This document shows, piece by piece, positions 1 to 10,015 of a stretch of 64,000 bases of DNA. Within the stretch, counting starts at the first letter, position 1; the number at the start of each line of letters is the position of its first letter. The translations under genes were made by a program, and so were the position numbers. This stretch comes from a virus (lineage: Duplodnaviria; Caudoviricetes), in IMG/VR virus record IMGVR_UViG_2617271113_000004, positions 1-64,000 of that record, one strand, 5' to 3'. The notes under the pieces are model-generated. The model saw only the letters and a list, made by a program, of their open reading frames with translations, was not told the origin of the DNA and did not search any database.

Positions 1-813
1 TTATAACCACTCCACAAATGACGGTATTCTTAATTTTCCTTGTTTAGTTAAGTTTCGATACTTAACATGGCACTTAATCGGTTCGATAAATTTAAAATTT
101 TGATTTTCTGATACAACCTTATGAGAAGAGTAAATTCTTTTTCGGTCATCAGGTGGCATAAACTCCAGCATTCCAGCAGGTTCATGGTTTAGAAAAGATA
201 ATAGTAGTCCGAATTCTCCTTTACGGAAACCTGTTATAAAGACATCTTCATATTGGTAGTTAATTACCTTCAACCAAGAATCACTACGTTTTCCTACTTC
301 ATAACGAGAATAGGCCTTCTTCATTACGATACCTTCTAGCTTATTCTGCTTTATAAGATCAAAATAAGCTGTTTCATTTCCATATATCCATCTAACTGTT
401 CCGATATTCATATTCTCTTCAGGTATTATTTCATCAAGTAATTCTTTTCTTTGAGGTAATGAATATGAAGTTACCTTTTCACCATTAAAGTAAATAATAT
501 CAAAAACGCAGTATTGTATTTGGTGGTTTGACTTTTTAGACATAAATCGTTCCATAACTGCTTCAAAATCAGGCTTTCCACCATCGCCTGGAACAACGAT
601 TTCACCATCTAATACAGTACCTTCTGGTAAATCAATAGTAGCTAATTCAGGGAAAATAGATGTCACTTCATTATTGTGCCGTGTATAAATACGAACTTTA
701 TTGTTGAAATTCGTCCAAATAATGCGAATACCATCTAATTTTAATTCTGTTATATATGAATCATCCTCAAAGGGATGGTCAACTTTATTTAGTAGCATAG
801 GAGATACATACAT
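1..813 (-). CDS. ATP-dependent DNA ligase (LigD-ligase / SPbeta LigB-like)
   Basis: Motif I ELKLDGIR (KxDG), motif III VLDGEIV, FDI, EGIVMKK, Y..GKRS..WLK; C-terminal OB fold ending G.LR.P.F. Confidence 0.93.
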   Translation of the reverse strand: MYVSPMLLNKVDHPFEDDSYITELKLDGIRIIWTNFNNKVRIYTRHNNEVTSIFPELATIDLPEGTVLDGEIVVPGDGGKPDFEAVMERFMSKKSNHQIQYCVFDIIYFNGEKVTSYSLPQRKELLDEIIPEENMNIGTVRWIYGNETAYFDLIKQNKLEGIVMKKAYSRYEVGKRSDSWLKVINYQYEDVFITGFRKGEFGLLLSFLNHEPAGMLEFMPPDDRKRIYSSHKVVSENQNFKFIEPIKCHVKYRNLTKQGKLRIPSFVEWL

Positions 814-966
814 ATAATCACCCCTATGTTCAATTATAACACTGCATAAAGTGGTTTTTTACTGGTATTTATAGTAAATATACTAGTATATAGAAGGTAG
901 CTAAAGGAGAATATTATACATATACTATAATGGCTGGTCTTCATGCTACCCCTCTCTTTTTCTTAG

Positions 967-1341
967 CTAATCATTAAGTATATTATTGTATAGGTTTATT
1001 AGTTCTTCACTAAATTTTTGTTTCTGTTTTTTGGATAAGTTTTTTTGATCTTTAAAGAAGTAAATCAGATCCAATAAATATTCATTATTCACTATTTCGG
1101 CTTGTACATTTAAAGGGATTCGTTTTAATAGACTAAATAAGACCTGTGATTCAATCTTATAATATGTTGCAATGCTGTTGATTATTTCATCTGATGGTTC
1201 TTTTCTGCCTCTTTCAAGCAGACTAACATATTGAGCTGAAATCCCAAGTATTGCTCCTGCTTCTCTTGTCGTCACCCCCTTATCTTTTCTCAAGCTATAG
1301 ATATAATCTCCAAACAACATACGACGTGATATTTCACTCAT
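967..1341 (-). CDS. XRE-family HTH transcriptional regulator
   Basis: LRKDKGVTTREAGAILGISAQYVSLLERGRKEPS is an HTH_3 signature. Confidence 0.9.
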   Translation of the reverse strand: MSEISRRMLFGDYIYSLRKDKGVTTREAGAILGISAQYVSLLERGRKEPSDEIINSIATYYKIESQVLFSLLKRIPLNVQAEIVNNEYLLDLIYFFKDQKNLSKKQKQKFSEELINLYNNILND

Positions 1342-1528
1342 CTATTTATCCTCTCTATGTTATAAACTAAGTATATTCTCCTAGATAACCAAAATGCAAT
1401 AGACAAATCGACATAAAATTTCCCCAATTATTTATTTACTTTCCATATTAAATCATGTATTCTATAAATTGTCAGCGTAAACCACTAGTTTACAAAAAGT
1501 TTTTAATCGTACATAAATCGCTAATATG

Positions 1529-1542
1529 AGAACAGGTGTTCT
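1529..1542. promoter_or_regulatory. LexA (DinR) SOS box
   Basis: AGAACAGGTGTTCT matches the Firmicute GAAC-N4-GTTC consensus and abuts the -35 of a sigmaA promoter. Confidence 0.75.
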
Positions 1543-1570
1543 TGCCTAGTTGCTTAACGTCTGATATAAT
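1542..1570 (+). promoter_or_regulatory. sigmaA-type promoter of the 1600..1971 gene
   Basis: TTGCCT-17 bp-TATAAT with extended TGn. Confidence 0.75.
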
Positions 1571-1599
1571 TACTTACAATGAAACGTGGGGGGTTAATT

Positions 1600-1971
1600 A
1601 TGATTACCAATAAGATTCACGAAATAGCAGTATCTTCTATTAATTATCTTTTTTTACAACATGTGGCAAACAACGGGGACGTATGTACTAATGATACTGT
1701 TGAAGGGGAACTATATACCTTCTTTAGCACCATTAATGAGGATTACTATAATAACAAGAATAATGACATTATTCCTATATTATCGCAATCTATTGTTAAC
1801 GAACTAATAGAAGGGCCGTACCTAGAAAAGTATGATATTGATCAATTAAAGACAGAAATAAAAAATTCAATTTATATTATCATGGGTAATCGTTTTTCAT
1901 TTATAGAAGATATATATTTAGACTGTGTGAGCGGACTTGAATACCAATGTAAAGAGAAGCACACGATCTAA
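1600..1971 (+). CDS. hypothetical protein, likely SOS-inducible
   Basis: ORF with G-rich RBS before ATG 1600; promoter and LexA box upstream. Confidence 0.7.
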   Translation: MITNKIHEIAVSSINYLFLQHVANNGDVCTNDTVEGELYTFFSTINEDYYNNKNNDIIPILSQSIVNELIEGPYLEKYDIDQLKTEIKNSIYIIMGNRFSFIEDIYLDCVSGLEYQCKEKHTI

Positions 1972-2525
1972 ATGGATCGTGTGCAAGTGCAGTTCTCATC
2001 AATTACATTAAATAATTGCTCAACTGCATATTCTAATGAACCTTTATTATTAATGATATAGTCGCATTTATGTTTTACTTTCAAATCCAAATGCAGCCTT
2101 TTTAATCTTTGTTGAATTTCTATCTCAGACCGTTCCTGTTTAACCATTCTGTTCCTTAAATCACGGGGATCTACATCAATATAAATACTAACTACTTCGT
2201 TAATCATATTCAGTTCTTTAAATTTATTCTTCATATACAAAAATCCATCCCAATCAATTACATAGATCATTGATGATTTCCCCAACTGTTTAATCTCTTC
2301 CATTGTAATTCCGTACAAGTTCCCACCATAATCTGTTTTTGCAATCCATTTATCGTGTTTGTCATTGAATTCATCTCTAGAGATAAAGTATCCGTCTCTT
2401 CCTTCAATTTCACCTTTTCTCTTTTTACGAGTTCGATAGGATACCACATATGGTAAACCAGATGCATATTTTATAGAATCTTTACCGGCTGAAGATGGGC
2501 CTATTAAACAGTATAGTTTATTCAT
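1968..2525 (-). CDS. gmk: guanylate kinase-like NMP kinase
   Basis: P-loop GPSSAGKDS, S..TR..R.GE.EG.D.YF, YG.T, CDYII.N; start moved to MNKLYC. Confidence 0.85.
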   Translation of the reverse strand: MNKLYCLIGPSSAGKDSIKYASGLPYVVSYRTRKKRKGEIEGRDGYFISRDEFNDKHDKWIAKTDYGGNLYGITMEEIKQLGKSSMIYVIDWDGFLYMKNKFKELNMINEVVSIYIDVDPRDLRNRMVKQERSEIEIQQRLKRLHLDLKVKHKCDYIINNKGSLEYAVEQLFNVIDENCTCTRSI

Positions 2526-2760
2526 ACCTTTTCTCCAAGTCAACCTGTAGTTCGTTTTCCATTAGTTCAATTATCTTGTGGTGAACCATCGTTGTAGATA
2601 ATGTAGCCTCTATAATTGATAAATTGTGAGCATCTACTATTTTGCTAGTTATATCAAACATCTCTTCTGCAATTTTCTCTGATATTGTAATATTTTCTTT
2701 TGTAGCTGTATTCTTAAGCATTTTTAAATAGGCTTCCGTAATTTCGAGATAGGATTCCAT
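2518..2760 (-). CDS. hypothetical protein
   Basis: ORF overlapping neighbours in the operon, GGAG RBS. Confidence 0.65.
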   Translation of the reverse strand: MESYLEITEAYLKMLKNTATKENITISEKIAEEMFDITSKIVDAHNLSIIEATLSTTMVHHKIIELMENELQVDLEKRYE

Positions 2761-2963
2761 GTATTTTTCATCTCCTCTAGCTTATTTTCATTATCATAGA
2801 TCCCTTTTTCTATCGCCGTTAACTTATTTAGTATGAAGAAGAGAACTAGTCCTAGAGATAATGACATTCCAAATTTATAATAAGCACCTATACAGAGTGC
2901 TACCCTTAAAAAGTTCGCTGAACTAGTTAGTATTACTGTAGTTAATTCTTGTTTAATTTGCAT
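2724..2963 (-). CDS. small membrane protein
   Basis: Two hydrophobic stretches; overlaps neighbouring genes. Confidence 0.55.
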   Translation of the reverse strand: MQIKQELTTVILTSSANFLRVALCIGAYYKFGMSLSLGLVLFFILNKLTAIEKGIYDNENKLEEMKNTWNPISKLRKPI

Positions 2964-4278
2964 GAGAGTCGTCCATATCTAAAAGAAGTTTGTATCTCCA
3001 TGTAATACCTGCTTCTTTATTTATTCCAAAAAACCATTGGGAAGGTCGACTTGTAGTATGCAATTGGTTAATTGAAAAACTTGATCCACCAACCATTGTT
3101 CCGTTCAGTATTTTTTCTCCATTTGGTGAATCAACATCTCCTGGGTTATGATGATGCCCCAAACATAAATATTTATATGTCTTCCCTTGGGATTGCAGCA
3201 TTTTAGTTAGTCTTGAATCAGCACGATCAATGCCATAGTAAGGAATACCATTCCATCCTTTAATGGTATCTCCATGTAATAGTAAGAATCCATTTCCTAG
3301 GACATCTTTTAAGATCCAGTTTGATTTGGGAATTGTCCATTCAATTCGTTCTTTATAGTTTTGCAACATCTTTTCTAACATCTTATACAAAAGAAAATCA
3401 TAATTTACATGAGAAGGATTCTCTCCTTTTCTACCAATACGACCATGATTTCCAACTATTCCTGTTATATTAATCTTTTCAAATGTGCCAAGAAGATGAA
3501 TAATAGATTCAGCGATTTTTTCTGCACCTACAAGTAATTGCTCAACTACCAATGCATCTAAATGATGTTCTTGACCACGGTATATACCTATACCATCTAC
3601 ATTATCTCCTAGCATGAATAGATTAAGGGTCTGAATGTTTTTTGATAAACGATGTGATGCAACATTTTCTCTAACTTGTCGGACTAACTTATCCATTCTT
3701 TCTTTAAATATATTTATGTTATATTCCCCAAACCCCTGGGTATCCTCTTCACTTATATGTTCTCCGATTTGGGCATCAGAGAATAACAAAATTGCTTCTT
3801 CAACATTATCCTTCGTACCTTTAATAGGTTTAGGTGGTTTGATATCTATCCATTCAAAAGCTTTAATTGTTTCTTCGAAGGTTTCAATGATAAGTTCTGT
3901 TGTTCCTCTTTCTTTTAAAAGCTTACTGAGTAATTGCTTGTCTTTTCTTTTGCGAGCATCTTCTTTAGCTTTTTTAATAGCCTGCTCTTGTTCTTCTTTC
4001 TCATTTTGCTTCGCCTCTTCTTCATCAATCTTTTCGTATATTTCAACTAGCTCTGCATCTGTCTTTGCTGTCTTAGTATTTTTTTTATCTACTATGCTTT
4101 TTTTCCTTTTACAAATGTATCTGATGTTTTCATAGGTTACTGGTTTAGGCAGATCAAATTTTTCATTCACTTCATTAGCAATATCTTTGTATTTAACTTT
4201 TGCTCGATGTTGACTAAGTATAAATGCGGTTGCTTTTTTACCCTCTGCAGAGCTCCAATTTATTGTTTTTTTACTCAA
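2953..4278 (-). CDS. calcineurin-like metallophosphoesterase with N-terminal HTH / coiled coil
   Basis: Motifs SDAQIG, GDNVDG, GNHG, HGD, GHHH. Confidence 0.8.
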   Translation of the reverse strand: MSKKTINWSSAEGKKATAFILSQHRAKVKYKDIANEVNEKFDLPKPVTYENIRYICKRKKSIVDKKNTKTAKTDAELVEIYEKIDEEEAKQNEKEEQEQAIKKAKEDARKRKDKQLLSKLLKERGTTELIIETFEETIKAFEWIDIKPPKPIKGTKDNVEEAILLFSDAQIGEHISEEDTQGFGEYNINIFKERMDKLVRQVRENVASHRLSKNIQTLNLFMLGDNVDGIGIYRGQEHHLDALVVEQLLVGAEKIAESIIHLLGTFEKINITGIVGNHGRIGRKGENPSHVNYDFLLYKMLEKMLQNYKERIEWTIPKSNWILKDVLGNGFLLLHGDTIKGWNGIPYYGIDRADSRLTKMLQSQGKTYKYLCLGHHHNPGDVDSPNGEKILNGTMVGGSSFSINQLHTTSRPSQWFFGINKEAGITWRYKLLLDMDDSHAN

Positions 4279-4352
4279 TTTTTTTCTCTCCCCAATTCTA
4301 AAAATGTCCCTGTTTTTAGAATTAAGTTCGCTGTTTTTTAATTATTTAAAAG

Positions 4353-5684
4353 TTAAACCTGTTTTCCATATTTACCAGTTATATAAGCACGTCTTCCTTT
4401 ATAGATGATCTCCCAGTAACCTGTATTACTATTTTTGCCTTTTACTGAACCAGCAATCTCCACTTTCTTTCCTTTTGAAATTGTGCCTAGATTTTTAGAG
4501 TTTTCTCTGTCTGGTCGATCCATAACAATGGCTGCATTATTTACATTCACAATTTTAATGTGGCCAACTGTATTAATGTTTGAGCTTGAAGACGAGCTGC
4601 TGCTAGATGAACTAGAACTACCACCATTTACATCTTTTTTATAAACCCAAGAATATATTTCTTTGAGCAATACTCTGTCCGACTTAACTTGCTGAACTGT
4701 ATAACTTTTACCTTTTACAGATGAAGGAATCCTTTCTCCAGTAGCATACTTGTTAGCTGATTTAGATAAAGTTACATTTGAACCTTTTTTAATTGTTCCT
4801 GAAGTTGAAGAAGTTTTACTAGAACTATTAGAAGTATTATTGTTTTTCTTTCCTGGTATGATTAATTTATCTCCAGGATGTATAACATCAGATTTTAAGT
4901 TGTTAGCTTTTTTAATATCTGATGCATCTACTCCAGAATAAGCTCTGGCAATTCCCCAAAGAGTGTCGTTCTTTTTAACTGTGTAAGTGGATCCATTTGC
5001 TTCTTTAGCCATTTTCAATTTCATTCCAGGCATAAGTTTCTTAGGATCTATAGATGGATTCATCTTCATAAGATCGTCCATGCTTAATCCCTCAATTTCT
5101 TTAGCAATTGACCAGAATGTGTCTCCCTCTTGAACTGTATAATAACTAGGTAAATCTGAAGGACCAGCACTAGAGCCTGTTTTTTGATTAATCGCATCAT
5201 TATAATCCCATCCGTCTCCAGGGCAGTTTTTCCATGAGTATCCAGGACACTCAAAATGACCAATGGTTCTTCTCATATTTTTCAGTTCTTTATACAATTC
5301 CTTATTTACGTTATATAATGATTTAAGTTGAGCTTTTGTTGGTTTTTCTTTTCCTTTTCTAAAATCTCCTGCTAAGCATGTGCCAATAGATCTTGTGTTA
5401 GTATTACCAGCATGATAGGCACGTTTGTCAAAGTCATTACAATGATATACTGTTCCATCTGGCATAATTACAATATTATAACCAATACTTGGCCAACCAT
5501 GTGTATCGATATGATAGTCTGCAAAACTATATGGATTAGATCCTCCTGCATTCATCGGGGTTAAAGAATGGTGTATTACATGAGTATCTTTAACTGCAGT
5601 TCCAACATACGGAAAACTTCCATTTCTTCTTATTTTATTTCTAATATCTTTATACTTTGGAACATCTTTAATTGCCATATACAT
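4353..5684 (-). CDS. endolysin: N-acetylmuramoyl-L-alanine amidase (Amidase_2) with 2 LysM and SH3-like domains
   Basis: VIHHS, HGWPSIGYN, YHAG..N..SIG, GH.E...KNCPG; LysM YTVQEGDTFWSIA and YTVKKNDTLWGIA; Ser-rich linkers. Confidence 0.92.
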   Translation of the reverse strand: MYMAIKDVPKYKDIRNKIRRNGSFPYVGTAVKDTHVIHHSLTPMNAGGSNPYSFADYHIDTHGWPSIGYNIVIMPDGTVYHCNDFDKRAYHAGNTNTRSIGTCLAGDFRKGKEKPTKAQLKSLYNVNKELYKELKNMRRTIGHFECPGYSWKNCPGDGWDYNDAINQKTGSSAGPSDLPSYYTVQEGDTFWSIAKEIEGLSMDDLMKMNPSIDPKKLMPGMKLKMAKEANGSTYTVKKNDTLWGIARAYSGVDASDIKKANNLKSDVIHPGDKLIIPGKKNNNTSNSSSKTSSTSGTIKKGSNVTLSKSANKYATGERIPSSVKGKSYTVQQVKSDRVLLKEIYSWVYKKDVNGGSSSSSSSSSSSSSNINTVGHIKIVNVNNAAIVMDRPDRENSKNLGTISKGKKVEIAGSVKGKNSNTGYWEIIYKGRRAYITGKYGKQV

Positions 5685-5698
5685 TCTCCTTTAACATG

Positions 5699-6061
5699 TT
5701 ATACTCCGTACTTATCACGGTTTATGCTTCTCTCTTCACTAAAACCATCGGGGTAACGATCTGCTAATTTATTTATATTCTTAGTTAGAATCTTACTCAT
5801 TGGAATATTAAAGATAGATGCAACTTCATTGATATACCACTGAGCGTCACCTAATTCTTTTATTAACTTATCCATTGGCAGATCATGCCCGTGTCCCAAA
5901 TGTTTCTTTATTAAATCTGCTACTTCACCTGCTTCTCCAGCAAGTCCTAATCCTGCAACAGATAGCCGGTGTTGTTTTTCCATATCTAATGGAGCTGTTC
6001 GTTGTGCTAACTTTTGATATTCACATATATCAGTTATTGTTTCAACGTTCTTTGATGTCAT
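5699..6061 (-). CDS. MazG-like nucleotide pyrophosphohydrolase
   Basis: GLAGEAGEVADLIKK...KELGD..WY...N..KL..RYP.GF. Confidence 0.9.
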   Translation of the reverse strand: MTSKNVETITDICEYQKLAQRTAPLDMEKQHRLSVAGLGLAGEAGEVADLIKKHLGHGHDLPMDKLIKELGDAQWYINEVASIFNIPMSKILTKNINKLADRYPDGFSEERSINRDKYGV

Positions 6062-6086
6062 TTTTAATCACCTCCTTTAATTTTTG

Positions 6087-6491
6087 TTAGTGCATTACAT
6101 TAAAAGTTTTAAATCCATTTGCAATTAACTCAAATTCATCTTGGTTAATATCCATAATGGTTCCTTCTATTTCATATTTCTGTGTAACTATTCGTATATG
6201 ATTCCTGTAATTTAGGCTCTCAAGAGGCTCACTTAACTCAGCAATCTCGAAAACTACTTCCCAAGTTCTTGTCTGATGTGGGATAGTACTACCCATTGTG
6301 TAGACGTAATCATTATTTGTAGACATAGATATTATAATTAGTTTAGTTTCTTCAAATCTTCTTTTATTTATATCTAAAATATAAGCATGATGAGGATGGC
6401 TTAAGAATTCATTGTATTTTCCGTATTGTTTATCTTTTTTTATTATTGGTCTTTCATTAACAGATTCTAAATACGCTTCTACTAATTCCAT
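6087..6491 (-). CDS. hypothetical protein (N-terminus MELVEAYL)
   Basis: ORF with GAGGTG RBS directly after dnaE. Confidence 0.7.
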   Translation of the reverse strand: MELVEAYLESVNERPIIKKDKQYGKYNEFLSHPHHAYILDINKRRFEETKLIIISMSTNNDYVYTMGSTIPHQTRTWEVVFEIAELSEPLESLNYRNHIRIVTQKYEIEGTIMDINQDEFELIANGFKTFNVMH

Positions 6492-6494
6492 TAT

Positions 6495-9400
6495 TTACAC
6501 CTCGGCTCTCAAATTATTTATAAGAAAGGTGTTGTTATCCTTTTTCCCTTTTGCTATTACCCTTTGTCCTATAATTAGTTGGTTTTTCAAGTCCTTCCAC
6601 TGTCTATTAAAGATAAGCCCATTCAATATGTCTTCATTTGTTTCGATAGTTACTCGAGCATGTTCTTGCCCCTTTTTACTCATAAAGGGATCAATAGTTT
6701 TTAAATTACCCGTGAATTGAATGTCTGTTTTCCCATCTTCAATTGTTTCCCACCTAGACTTTATGGTTACGCTTGTTCCGAGTGTTTCTCGCTCGTATTG
6801 AATTATGGTAGATTTTCCAGTTGTAGAGGGTAAATCTACCTGTTCTCCTTTTAAGTTGCCATAGTCAATGAGCAACTTATTACGATTCTTGTTAATAGAA
6901 TCGAAGGCTCCTGATTTAATAAGATTTACAACCTTGGTTTTATTAACTTTTCGGCTATCCGTTTTCTCAACTAACATTTGAATACTCTTATAAGGTTGGG
7001 CATCAATAATTGCTTGCACAGATTCTTCACTTATTCCAGCAATACTACCTAATCCATAACGTATATATTGTGCTGGTTTTTTAGTAAATTCACTTAAATC
7101 CTCACTATAGTTTGAAAAATCAATGTTATTCCCTTTCTCCACATTTGATATTGGAGTCCAGTTAGCTTTTGATTCATTAATATCAGGCGGTGAAATACCT
7201 ATATTCATTTCTTCACATTCACGCATGTACTTAATTGATTTAGCATCGCCGCTCTTATCTTTCTTGCCTTCAGAGATGGTTAGTAATGCTGCCAAAAATT
7301 CAGCGGGATAATAGTTTTTCAACCATGCTGTTTGGACACTTATTTTTGCATATGAAGCGGAGTGTGCTTTGTTAAAGCAATACTCTCCAAACTTAATCCA
7401 TTGCTTTTTCAGTTCTAGTAAAGTATTTAAATCAAAGCCTCTTCCTATTGCCCCTTCTACCTCAGGAATGCCTTTAAAATTAGTTTCTATTTCCTCAAAG
7501 TCAACCCATATTGTATCGTGACCACCACTATCCTTAGGAACTAAATCAGGACTTGAATATTGTTTATAAAGCTTAATTTGTTCTGTTTTGTAGATGTTAC
7601 TTCCATAAATCATTAAATCAATCCATCGGTTCATTAACTTAGGCTTTTTCTTAGCTACACCTTTTCGAATCATATCTGCTTGACCTAAGGTTAAACCGCC
7701 AAGTATCTGAGAAGCACTCATTATTTGTTCTTGGTAACACCAAATACCATAAGTTTCATCTAGTACTGGTTTTAACTCTTCAAATGGGTAAGTAATAGCT
7801 TCTCTGCCGAATTTGCGGTTAATATAGCTAGGAATTAAGTCCATTGGACCTGGTCGGTATAAGGCAAGTATGATCCCTATATCAGCAAAGCAGTTAGGCT
7901 GTAATTTTTCGATTACATCTTTCATACCATCGCTCTCAACTTGGAAAATTCCATTAAGTCTTAGCTTGTTATAAATATTTTCATAAACAAGAGGATCATT
8001 TAAATTAATACTTTCTATTGCTTTTGGATTCATGTCTGCATATGTCATTGTAAGTTTAATTAAATCTAGAGTATCAAGCTTCAAGAGATCAAACTTTACT
8101 AATAACTTTTCGATCCAATCCATGGTGTATTGTGTTGTGACAAGTCCCTGCTTATCTAATCTTAATGGGACTATATTAGTTAAAGGTTCAGGAGATATTA
8201 CAACACCAGCCGCATGTACTCCAAAGCTTCTTATATGACCTTCTAATGCACATGCTACTTGCCACCATTCAGGGTATTGCTTGGCATAGTTTCTGACTTT
8301 TTCTTCTTGCGAATGTGCTTCGCTTAATGATATTCCTGGAGTTGCGGGTATTGCTGTAGCGAATGCATCTTCTAAAGTTAAATTACCTTTTTCACTATAT
8401 CCCATTGCTTTTGACACAAATCGAATAGCAGCTCTGGCAGCCAACGTTCCTTTTGTTCCTATTTGAGCTACATGATCTTTTCCATATTTTCTTTTTAAGT
8501 ACTCTTGTGTCCATTGGGCAGCCTCATAGCTGAAATCCAAATCAATATCAGGGTATCCGACACGTTCTGGATTTAAAAAGCGTTCAAAAAGCAATTTATG
8601 TTCTATGGGATCTAAAGTAGTAATAGAAAGAACAAAACATACTAATGAACCAGCTCCAGATCCTCTACCTGGACCAATTAAAAATCCTTCATCTTTTGCA
8701 GCATTAACAAAGTCTTCTGTGATAAGAAAATAGTCAGCAAATCCTTCATTGCAAATAACATCAAGCTCATAATCTAAACGTTTTGCATACTCGTAGTAGT
8801 CAATCTCTGTATTTCGTAAACAGTATTGAAACAACGAATTCCAAGATTTTTTTCTTAGTATAGCTTCCGCTGAATCCTCAGACTCGATAATAAATTTAGG
8901 AAATAACGGCTCTTTTGGAAGTGTAACATTCACGATCTCTGCTATCTCTAAAGTGTTTGCAATTGCTTCCTCATCATTGATATGCTTCCGTATCTCTTCT
9001 ACAGTTTTTAAATAGTGGTCTTCTGCGTAATGATATCTGTCTTCATCTAGTACGCATTTATTCATCGATCCAGCAACAAGAATATCATGTACTCGGTGAT
9101 CTTCTTTTCTAGCAAAGTGAACATCTGTTGTTATGATTTTGGGTGTGTTCGTCTTTATAGATAATTCATCTATAACTTTATTTAAATATATTTGTTCACG
9201 AATCAACGTTGCTTGTTTCTCTAAATAGAAAGAGTGAAAAGTTTCTTTACACTCTTGTATAAACGAAATAGCATCCTCTCTTCTATTTTGCATAATTAAA
9301 CGTGCAAAATAACTACCCAAACATGCAGATGTAGCAATTATGTTCTTCCCTAGACCATTTCTTCGTATGTAACGAAGATCAGTTCTTGGATCTGAATAAA

Positions 9401-10010
9401 AGCCGTTTATATGGGAGTCAGAAATGATCTTATATAAATCTTTTAATCCTTGATTATTAACAGCTAAGAGGAGTAAATGATAATTATCTGCATAATCTAG
9501 ATATTCTAGAATGTCCTGCTTAAATTCATCTAACTTCTCATCAGTGCTTTTATCTTCTTGATTCATGATATCAAATAAATCCATTTCTTCATCCATAAGA
9601 TAGCTCTGTAATAATAAACTGGCCTCTGTTTCAAAACAACTAAAATCTTTTTTTATTGTTTTTATGAAGTTATTAAAGGCTTTCTTTTTAAATTTCCCTT
9701 TATTGTCAGTGATCTTATATTTACTTCCAATATATTCTCGCATTCGTTCAAGTTCTTTACTTTGAAGCTGTCTATTTTCTGTCATATAAGCTTCGCAACC
9801 AGGAATCGGTTTTATATTGGCTTCTTCACATTCTTTAATAAAATCTGCAATACCAGACATAACACCATGATCGGTTAAACCTAATGCTGGGCTGCCTATT
9901 TCAACAGCCCTCGCTATAAGTTGTTTAATCGTAGATAAACCGTCAAGGGCGCTTTCTTCTCCATGAACATGAACATGTACGATCGTTTCGGGTTTATTTA
10001 ACATATTCAA
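6495..10010 (-). CDS. dnaE: DNA polymerase III alpha subunit (DnaE) with PHP domain
   Basis: HVH, TDHG, GCEAY, GPGRGSGAGSLV, FERFLNPER, PDIDLDF, HAAGVVI, KFDLL, FNKAHSASY; C-terminal OB fold. Confidence 0.96.
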   Translation of the reverse strand: MNMLNKPETIVHVHVHGEESALDGLSTIKQLIARAVEIGSPALGLTDHGVMSGIADFIKECEEANIKPIPGCEAYMTENRQLQSKELERMREYIGSKYKITDNKGKFKKKAFNNFIKTIKKDFSCFETEASLLLQSYLMDEEMDLFDIMNQEDKSTDEKLDEFKQDILEYLDYADNYHLLLLAVNNQGLKDLYKIISDSHINGFYSDPRTDLRYIRRNGLGKNIIATSACLGSYFARLIMQNRREDAISFIQECKETFHSFYLEKQATLIREQIYLNKVIDELSIKTNTPKIITTDVHFARKEDHRVHDILVAGSMNKCVLDEDRYHYAEDHYLKTVEEIRKHINDEEAIANTLEIAEIVNVTLPKEPLFPKFIIESEDSAEAILRKKSWNSLFQYCLRNTEIDYYEYAKRLDYELDVICNEGFADYFLITEDFVNAAKDEGFLIGPGRGSGAGSLVCFVLSITTLDPIEHKLLFERFLNPERVGYPDIDLDFSYEAAQWTQEYLKRKYGKDHVAQIGTKGTLAARAAIRFVSKAMGYSEKGNLTLEDAFATAIPATPGISLSEAHSQEEKVRNYAKQYPEWWQVACALEGHIRSFGVHAAGVVISPEPLTNIVPLRLDKQGLVTTQYTMDWIEKLLVKFDLLKLDTLDLIKLTMTYADMNPKAIESINLNDPLVYENIYNKLRLNGIFQVESDGMKDVIEKLQPNCFADIGIILALYRPGPMDLIPSYINRKFGREAITYPFEELKPVLDETYGIWCYQEQIMSASQILGGLTLGQADMIRKGVAKKKPKLMNRWIDLMIYGSNIYKTEQIKLYKQYSSPDLVPKDSGGHDTIWVDFEEIETNFKGIPEVEGAIGRGFDLNTLLELKKQWIKFGEYCFNKAHSASYAKISVQTAWLKNYYPAEFLAALLTISEGKKDKSGDAKSIKYMRECEEMNIGISPPDINESKANWTPISNVEKGNNIDFSNYSEDLSEFTKKPAQYIRYGLGSIAGISEESVQAIIDAQPYKSIQMLVEKTDSRKVNKTKVVNLIKSGAFDSINKNRNKLLIDYGNLKGEQVDLPSTTGKSTIIQYERETLGTSVTIKSRWETIEDGKTDIQFTGNLKTIDPFMSKKGQEHARVTIETNEDILNGLIFNRQWKDLKNQLIIGQRVIAKGKKDNNTFLINNLRAEV

Positions 10011-10015
10011 ACTCC

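Noticed and set aside
4580-4850. Ser/Asn-rich repeats in the endolysin
   Set aside because: Ordinary flexible linkers between cell-wall-binding domains
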